Position numbers and translations under genes: made by a program. Shown here one piece after another: positions 34,235-41,427 of a stretch of DNA of 41,427 nt (its first letter is position 1; each line of letters starts with the position of its first letter). The stretch comes from Hyphochytrium catenoides (Eukaryota; Protista; Hyphochytriomycota), in the NCBI GenBank assembly GCA_900088475.1, contig FLMG01000614.1, positions 1 to 41,427 on the forward strand. Reading direction: 5' to 3'. The notes below the pieces were generated by a model. It saw only the letters and a list, made by a program, of their open reading frames with translations. It searched no databases and was not told the origin of the DNA.

Positions 34235-34489
34235 ATTTCTCTGCCGTTTCTCTCTCTCTGTCTCTCTCTCCTCAGATTCTTTCATAAAAAACGTCAAGTC
34301 TTAAACGCTAAAGAAGTTATGTCTCAGTCCCAAATCTGCAGATCGCCCGATCTAACTTGTTGAGCTATCATTCTCTCTTTTCTCTCCCTTCTATTGCACA
34401 TTCTCTCTCTCTCTCTCATTAGTTCCCATCCTTTAATTGCGACTCTTCCTCGCGCGGTACCTGTGAAAAGAGGAAGGAGAGAGACGCGC

Positions 34490-34505
34490 TCTCATTTCTC
34501 GTTTA
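34490..34505 (+). promoter_or_regulatory. INR+FPR-like box
   Basis: TCTCATTTCTCGTTTA, 13/16 to the consensus, just upstream of ACAACCATGG (ATG at 34518). The pyrimidine-rich background weakens it. Confidence 0.4.
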
Positions 34506-34517
34506 CCGCCGACAACC

Positions 34518-35089
34518 ATGGCAGGTGGGGAGAGGAGGAGAGAGGCTCGGAAAGAGGAGAAAAGCAAAAGAGAAAAGAGAAACAGCCTCACTCTTCTCCC
34601 GGCTGACCGTTTAGAAAAAGACGGACAAAGGGGAGAAGAGAGAGAGAGAGAGACGAACAGAATAAACGAAGACAGAGAGAGAAAAGGAGAAGAGGTTCCG
34701 GAGGAAGAGAGAGGTGCAGCAGAAGAGAGACAGAGAGAAGAGGAGGAGAGAGAAAGAGAAGAGAAGGGGAAGGACAGCCAGTACATTTACTATGGAGAAG
34801 AGTTCCGCCTTTGCGTTTCAGGAGAGAATCAGGCTCTCTCCGCCCGACTTATCCCTTCTTCCCCTCTCCTTCTCTCTTCCTCTCCCTCCTTCTGGGACGA
34901 GGATCAGGTTCTCTCCTTTGAGCCGTACAGAGGGAGAGAGAAGTATAAGAAGAGAGAGAAAGAAGGAGAGAGAGAGAAACAAAGAGAGAAAGTGAAAGAT
35001 GGAGACGCGGTGCTTGTCAGACATAGACGGAGAGCGAATAGCAAGGGAGAAGTTGAGGAGTACTTTCTTCGAGGTCAGACCCTGTCCAG
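34518..35089 (+). CDS. Exon 1 of a predicted 682-aa protein with a C-terminal C2H2 zinc finger
   Basis: ACCATGG start context with an in-frame stop upstream. Non-repeat coding blocks YIYYGEEFRL and VKDGDAVLVRH. Ends in phase 2 at CAG|GTGAGC. Confidence 0.6.
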
Positions 35090-35271
35090 GTGAGCAAAGC
35101 AGCAGGACGAATGTGAGAAAGAAAGAAAGAGAGAGAATGAGAGGGAGAGGGAGAGAGAAGGGAAGAGAGAGAGGGGAAGAGAGAGAGAGAAAAGAGAGAA
35201 AAAAAGTATTTCCAAGGTTGGAACGGACCTTCGCATGTTGCTTTCTTTCTCTCTCTTCCACCAGGGCAAAT

Positions 35272-35331
<60 letters not shown>

Positions 35332-35434
35332 TCCCCTCTCTCTCTGCCTTCCTCAGTCCCTTCTTTTGCTCTCTCTCTCTTAGCTTCGTCGTCTAACGCT
35401 TCCCCTCCGCTTTCACCATGTTTTCTTGGGCCCT

Positions 35435-35470
<36 letters not shown>

Positions 35471-35500
35471 CTCTCTTTTTCTCTCTCTCTGCCCGCGTAG
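35090..35500 (+). other. Predicted GT-AG intron (411 nt) with GA-rich 5' half and CT-rich 3' half
   Basis: Donor GTGAGC, CTAAC near 35393, polypyrimidine tract and CGTAG acceptor. Splicing joins the two ORFs in frame (GQTLSR-SCAWTLQRP). Confidence 0.6.
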
Positions 35501-36977
35501 GAGCTGCGCTTGGACTCTCCAGCGGCCGCAGGCGGGAGGCGCTCTGTGGGACCAAAAGGCAGTCTTTCTCCTCAAACTCACTTCCCGTTCAGAACCTTTT
35601 CTCTCGGTCGACTCGGTCTTCAAGCTCTTTTCTCCTAAGTTCCAGAAGGTTTTGGGTGTAAGAAAACAGGCCGATCGGACGATGCGGGTGGTACCTTTCG
35701 CGCTCGGTCATGAGAAGAAAAGCGTCAGCTGGTTCCGTCCACTCCTCTTCTCTGTGGTTCCCGTGCCGAGGAAGAGAGAGAAAGAGAAGAAAGAAGAGAA
35801 AGACACTCTCTCTCCCTCTTCGTCTCCTCCAGCTTTGGAGGTGACAGCCCCTCCTCCACCCTCGTCTTCTACGGCGTCTACTGACTCTTCCTCGTCCTTA
35901 CTCGGCCCTCCTCCTCCCTTTAACAGAGAGAGAGAGAGAGAAGAAGAGAGACGAAATAGAAGAAAGCCGCATCAGGAGAGGGTTATCAGGCAAGAACCTG
36001 AATGGGGAAGAGAGAGACGAGATGGAAGACTCTCTCTCTCTCTCCTCTCTGGTCCCTCTTTTGCTTCAACAGTAGGTGACAGCAGATACTCTTCCTTCTC
36101 CTACTATGCAGAACTAGTGGAGAGAGAAGAAGAGAGAGAGAGGGAAGAGAGAAAGGGTAAGAGAGAGATTAGAAGAGCCGCGACAGGCAGCGGAGAGGAA
36201 GCCCGGCAGGAGAGAAGAGAGAGAAGAAGGCTGGAGAGAAGAGCATCAGTCAGCTATGATGGTGAAGTCACACAAGGTGTGATTAGCGGAATAGATGAGA
36301 GAGAGAAAGAAAGAAGAGTCTTTCCAAGAGGCGCCACTCTCTCTCGCAGAAACTCTATGGAAAGCTTTCATCCTCACCATGGCGCTCGAGAGAGAAGGGG
36401 AGAAACAGGAGCAGAAGAGAGAAGGCGCACCAACATTCCTGTCTCTCCTTCCACGGCTCTCTCTCATGCGAGCGTCCCATACAACCGGAGCCAGAGCGAG
36501 AATTCTCGTCTCTCTCTTCCTTCTCTCTCTCCCCCTTCTCTCTCTGCCCCATCTCTCTCCTCACGTAGTCAATCTTCCCTACGCCATCAACGCTCTTCCT
36601 CTTCTCTCCCTTTTCCTCTCGCCTCGTCTCAGGCTCTCCAAGACCTGCTTGAAATAGACATAGACATCGATGCAGCCCGCTATGGAGAGAGAAGAAGAGA
36701 GAGAGAAAGAGAGAGAGAGACCGAATTCTTCTGTCCTCAGTGTTCTAGGGCTTTCCCCTCCTACGAAGAGCTGAAGAAGCACGTCGACTCTTCTTCGCAC
36801 AGCTCTTTCCTTCTCCCTGGAGGACAAAAGCTTTCTGTTGTTGTCTCTCTCCGACAGCGGGGAGACATGGCGGATCCTTCTCTCTCTCCTTCTTCTCCAA
36901 CTGCTGCTTCTCTTCTTTCCTCCTCCTCACTCTCACCTGCCGAGCAGAGCAGGACCGGAGGAGAGAGAGAGAGATGA
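35501..36977 (+). CDS. Exon 2: Ser/Glu/Arg-rich low-complexity region and C2H2 zinc finger
   Basis: 1.48-kb open frame containing FFCPQCSRAFPSYEELKKHVDSSSH (F-x-C-x2-C-x3-F-x5-L-x2-H-x5-H). Confidence 0.7.
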
Positions 36978-37726
36978 AGTCTTTCTACTTGTTGCCTTTC
37001 TTTCTGTCTTTCTCTCTCTCCCTCTTTCTCTCTCTCTTTCTTCCTCTCGCTCTCCCATCCTTTCTCTCTGCTTTTCTCGTTCGGGCCGCTGCCCCTCACA
37101 GAAACAACGGATTTGGCGGCCCATCCGAAGAACCTCTATGTTCCAGAACTTGTCTCTCCCCGGACCTCTCTCTCTTTTCTCAATCTCTACATGAAGTAGA
37201 ATTTCCCGCAGTTTGCTATAGCTCCAAAGTCGCGAGGACGAAAGGAAGGGAAAATGAGAGGTCTCCGGGAAAGAGAGAGAGCCTGAGAGAGAGAGACACA
37301 GATTGACTAGTGACCATGGACTTTGAATGCCCTGACGAAGAGAAAGCCAAAAGGATTAATTAGTGTAGATAGGCAACAGAAAGAGAGGGAGACAGAGAGA
37401 GAGAGTGAGATGACTGAAAAGAGAGAAGACAGAGGACAGGACATTGTTTCTAAAAGACTATATTTGGATCAACAAGAGAAGAGAGACGAACTACGATCTC
37501 ACTTCGTCTCTGACTTTCGTTAGGATTCCCAGTTTATAAATAAAGACCTAATGAAAACTTTAAAAAAATTGATAGAGGAAGGGTGATGGACCTTGGTCTC
37601 TCTCTCTCTCTCTGCTCTGTGTTTTACCTTTCTAGCGTCTCAAAGAGACAACAAGGAGTGAGAAAAAGGTTTGAAGAACGAGAATTAAAGAAAAAAAAAG
37701 AGAGAGAGAGAGAGAGAGAAAGGAAG

Positions 37727-40700
37727 CTATGTCCCGCCATTTCTCCTGCTCTTGTTCCCAAAAACGATCAGCTCGCTCTTCCTCTCATGGCCCATACTGG
37801 ACAGTCTTTCTCTCTCTCCGCCCCTCATAGCCATGTAAGAGGCCCGAGAGACAGAAGAAGGTGTCATCTGGGCAGCAGAGAGAGTGTGTCTCCCTCCTGC
37901 CGTCGCTGAAAAGAGAATGCCTTCAAGATCATCCTCCAACGTCCTGCTCATGGGTCTCAACCCCTGATGAAGAGAGGACCTTCTCCCATAGCTCATCGCA
38001 CTGGGAGAAGCTCGAGAGAGAGAGCCTCTTCCCCTTCTTCCAATTCCCTGATACTGAATCTCACTCTCTCTCAGAACTAGAGGAGGAGGAGAGAGAGAAG
38101 GGGCCAAAGTAGAGAGAGAGAGTGTATGTCTTCCTCTTCCTCCTCCGTCTCCTCCATCAGCTCCAGCGAGAAGACGAGAGGAGAGAGAGGAGAGAGAACC
38201 ACCCTGTATAGGCCCTGCTCTGCCTGACATACGGGAAGGCGTAGAAACAGAGGGAGAAGAGACAGACAAGCGGTGGGAAGAGAAAGAAGGAGCTGGGGCA
38301 GGAGGAACAATCGACATTCGGCCCATGACCGAAGCCCGACGGACCGCCAATTGCTGCGCCGTTTTTAGCCGTTTGCGCCTCTTGACCGATTTTAACACAA
38401 TAAATCCGACCAGAATAGCCGCTAACAGACAGCTTCCGGCAATAGCCGCCGTCCGCAGCCATTTGGCCCATCCAGGCTCGTCCATATTAGCCAGTAACGG
38501 TCCAGGCGCGGCCGCGGTGACCTTATAGACATCTTCCATGGCCGAGGCGGTGAGGGCAAACTTCTGGGAGGTCCCACTGCCAAGAGAGCTGCCGATAACA
38601 CGGACTTCAAAGCTCCGGCCACGAGTGCACTGGGCCGACCTCCCTTCTTCTTGCTTTCCGTCGCCTCCTACGGCTGTCCTGCTATTGACGAGGACCACTT
38701 CGGCGTTGTTCACTCGGTCTCTCGTCCCGTTGGTGCCTACGGGGAAGTAAGTCTTTCTCTCTCCATTGGGCAGCACCTCCACTACCTCGAGGTCCAAGTC
38801 GTTCACAAGCTGTCGCTCCGTGGTCCCGCCTGCGCTTTGGCTCCATCCTTGCCTCCCTGCCGCAGGATCTGTCCACGCCAGGACGGCCTTGAAGGCTAAG
38901 GAGCAGCTGACATTAGGAAAGACGTAGGTCCTGACTTCGTTAGCCTTGACTGCGGCGGGTCCAAGCTCGTCCAAGGATGGAACATTGCTAGGAACGAAGA
39001 AGGGAAAGCTGTCCTCACTACTGCCAGGCAACGGCATGATGTTTCTAAGATTAACGACGCCAAACCCTTGGACGGAGTCTCCATAGAAGAGCTTCTTGCT
39101 CTTGCTGAGAAGCTCATCGCAGGTGGAGACCTTGGCAGCGTCTGGAAGCCATAGCTTCAAAGGCGTAGCACTGTGGATAAGAAGTGCCTTGATAAGTGCT
39201 GCAGAAGGAGAGAAACCAAGAGAATCATCCTTCTCTCCATTACGATAGCGCCCTTCCTTGAGCCATTGATAGAGCAGCGTCCCTGCCCCTGCACAGCTCG
39301 CCGTAGCTTGAGAAGTTCCTTGATCCGTGCATGTCCCATTAGTTATCGCCCAGGGATTTTTAGCAGCCACATCCTCCGCAGGAGCTCGGGCAGACTCTAC
39401 ATGGTACCCTGGACAGACAATCTCAGGCTTTCTTCTCCCGTCTGGCGCGGGCCCACGGGAAGAGAGAGAGGCCAAGTTCTCATGGTTATAACCGGGGCAA
39501 GTCTCTGCCACATGGCGGAAAGACTGATGCGTGTTCACAGAGGCGCCTACAGAGATGACGTTCTTGGCTATGGCGGGGCTATAAATCACACCTCCATGGC
39601 CGTTGGTCACGACTCCTACCTGGGTGCCATCCCCTAGATTCCCAGCAGCAGCAAAGACAGCGACGTCCGAGTTGATGCTGAGATAGTTATCAAAAGCCGC
39701 AGCCTGTGCATCATATACTGCGGAGGTATGGCCCCAAGAGAAAGAGAAGAGACGCACTCCCCGCTCATAGCCTTTCCCGAAGAGAATATCGACCGGAGGA
39801 ATCTCAAGCACAGCGTCTTTCTCTTTTCCGCTCCCTCCTCCTGCTCCTCCTCGCCTCACGCCCACGTCCATCACTATCAACTTTGCCCCAGGAGCCGTAC
39901 CAAGATCTGGGAACTTTCCAGAGGCGCTAGAGCCCGCCAATAACCCGCACACATGCGTCCCATGGCCGCATCCGTCACTCTCATCGATGGAATTCTTAGA
40001 GATCCGAAGATAGGAGACCACTTTCCGCTGAGAGGCGTTGTAGGAATCATACGGTATCGTGCTAAGATCTTCAGGTCTGAACTGGTCGTGAGCCATATAA
40101 ACGCCAGAGTCAGCGCACATGACCGTCTGTCCTTCCCCGGTCAGTCCATAAGCCTTGCGAAGAGCATCAGCTCCAAGAATAGAGGCCACTTGGCTATCTA
40201 GTCGCCGTCGAGTCCCGTCATTACCTTCTACTCTGGCACTGTGGTCAGAAGGAGCCTCCACCTGGCTATCTCGTTCTCGTTGAATCCAGTCATTAGGTTC
40301 TATTCTGTCTCCCGTCTGGTCAGCCGGAGAGTCCACGTGACTATCTCTTCGTACTCGTATCCCGTCATTATGCCCTGCTCTGTGTCTCTGCTCGTAAGGA
40401 TTCGTGTCTACGCCCCGCATAAGTCCGTCTTTTTGTCTCACTCTGTCTGTCTTCAAGATGCGTCTCTCTCCTTCTCTCTCTTCTCTCTTTCTTTCTTCTT
40501 CTCTCTCTAACCCTCCATGGAGCCACGAGCTGAGGTGCAAGAAGAGAGGAAAAGGAGGAGCAGTGGCGCTGGAAGTGGTCCGAAGAGAGAGAAGCTCATT
40601 CTGAGTCTCTCTCTCTTCAAGTGTTGACTCTCTTCCTAGTAAACTGAGAGAAAGAGAGAGATGGAGAGAGAGAAAGACAAGCGCTTGCCCCAAAAAATCT

Positions 40701-40762
40701 GCTAGCCATCTTCTTCCGCCTTCCTTCTTCTGAGCTTCACCTGCTTGTCTTCTTCGCGCCAT
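37727..40762 (-). CDS. Membrane-anchored subtilisin-like serine protease (peptidase S8, KP-43/TagA-like), 1011 aa
   Basis: Catalytic triad motifs ADSG, GHGTHVCG and GTSQAT, with oxyanion AAGN and SSRGPAPDGRRKPE. C-terminal barrel motifs VLAWTDP, LVNDLDLEV and NNAEVV. N-terminal hydrophobic segment, TM helix AAIAGSCLLAAILVGFIVL and a Ser/Arg-rich tail. Confidence 0.95.
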   Translation of the reverse strand: MARRRQAGEAQKKEGGRRWLADFLGQALVFLSLHLSLSLSLLGRESTLEERETQNELLSLRTTSSATAPPFPLFLHLSSWLHGGLEREEERKREEREGERRILKTDRVRQKDGLMRGVDTNPYEQRHRAGHNDGIRVRRDSHVDSPADQTGDRIEPNDWIQRERDSQVEAPSDHSARVEGNDGTRRRLDSQVASILGADALRKAYGLTGEGQTVMCADSGVYMAHDQFRPEDLSTIPYDSYNASQRKVVSYLRISKNSIDESDGCGHGTHVCGLLAGSSASGKFPDLGTAPGAKLIVMDVGVRRGGAGGGSGKEKDAVLEIPPVDILFGKGYERGVRLFSFSWGHTSAVYDAQAAAFDNYLSINSDVAVFAAAGNLGDGTQVGVVTNGHGGVIYSPAIAKNVISVGASVNTHQSFRHVAETCPGYNHENLASLSSRGPAPDGRRKPEIVCPGYHVESARAPAEDVAAKNPWAITNGTCTDQGTSQATASCAGAGTLLYQWLKEGRYRNGEKDDSLGFSPSAALIKALLIHSATPLKLWLPDAAKVSTCDELLSKSKKLFYGDSVQGFGVVNLRNIMPLPGSSEDSFPFFVPSNVPSLDELGPAAVKANEVRTYVFPNVSCSLAFKAVLAWTDPAAGRQGWSQSAGGTTERQLVNDLDLEVVEVLPNGERKTYFPVGTNGTRDRVNNAEVVLVNSRTAVGGDGKQEEGRSAQCTRGRSFEVRVIGSSLGSGTSQKFALTASAMEDVYKVTAAAPGPLLANMDEPGWAKWLRTAAIAGSCLLAAILVGFIVLKSVKRRKRLKTAQQLAVRRASVMGRMSIVPPAPAPSFSSHRLSVSSPSVSTPSRMSGRAGPIQGGSLSSLSSRLLAGADGGDGGGRGRHTLSLSTLAPSLSPPPLVLRESEIQYQGIGRRGRGSLSRASPSAMSYGRRSSLHQGLRPMSRTLEDDLEGILFSATAGGRHTLSAAQMTPSSVSRASYMAMRGGERERLSSMGHERKSELIVFGNKSRRNGGT

Positions 40763-41427
40763 TCTGCTTCTCTCTTTCTCTATTATCTCCTGTCCCCTAC
40801 ATAGAGGAAGAGAGTCGCTTTCCTATAGAAGAGACTGCCAGGTAGTTGGGAAGCTCCATGGTTACTGAATGTGAAGCCTGCACCCAGCCATTTATAGTTG
40901 TTGGAGGCCTCGTCGGTTGTCGGAGCCGCAGGAGTGCCTCTTCTTCTTCTTCCAGTCGGCTTTTTGAAGACTGGGGGAGAGAGGGAAGAGAGAAAGGACA
41001 GGACAAAGAGATAGGAGTGATTGAGAGGAGGAGCCCAACTCTCTCCCATAAGTGAAAGTAAATCTGTGACCAACATAGACGACGAAAGAGGAGAGAAGAA
41101 GCCATCAGCCAATGTCTTCCTCTTCCCTTCATTATAGAGGACATGTTGAGGGCAAGCTTCTGACTGGGTCAACAAGGTGGGAAGAGTCTGCTTTTGACTC
41201 TCAAGACGGGTAGAATAGTGCTGAGTGTTGCTCTTCATCAGCTGCTTCTGGTCTAGGAGAGAAAGAACGCCTAAGAGAGGAAAGAGAGAAAGAGAGAGAA
41301 CAAGGGTTATGGCAGACCAAGGTTGCGGCTGAAGCGAAGATGATTGGCTCGCCTAGTGGTGGGAGAGGCACAAAAGAGAGAGAGAAGAGCAAGAGAGAGG
41401 GAGAGAGAGAGAGAGAGAGAGAAAGAG

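Overview
Eukaryotic, gene-sparse window, probably from an oomycete-like stramenopile (inferred from oomycete-type INR+FPR promoter boxes and NLRG/RxL propeptide motifs). It is saturated with (CT)n/(GA)n microsatellites, which explain most ORFs in the supplied track. I can support six protein-coding genes: a small Ser/Ala/Gly/Tyr-rich secreted protein, a secreted Pro/Thr-rich VWD+EGF protein, a 782-aa orphan helical protein with signal and C-terminal hydrophobic segments, a multi-pass membrane protein, a two-exon C2H2-finger gene and a membrane-anchored S8 subtilase. A nested transposon island at about 16.2-22.4 kb holds a Gypsy-type gag relic, a chromodomain relic plus LTR, a frameshifted CRE-like non-LTR element and a solo LTR with a GTCCG target-site duplication. 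Also present are a candidate non-autonomous Helentron-like (HINE/DINE-1-type) element, a 202-bp tandem repeat and an 88-N gap. The best leads are a (GA)n...(CT)n self-complementary intron, near-identical INR-to-ATG spacing in three secreted-protein genes, shared RxL-type motifs alongside a subtilase with a repeated propeptide, and covarying RNA stems at the LTR ends. All calls were made by eye, without database searches.
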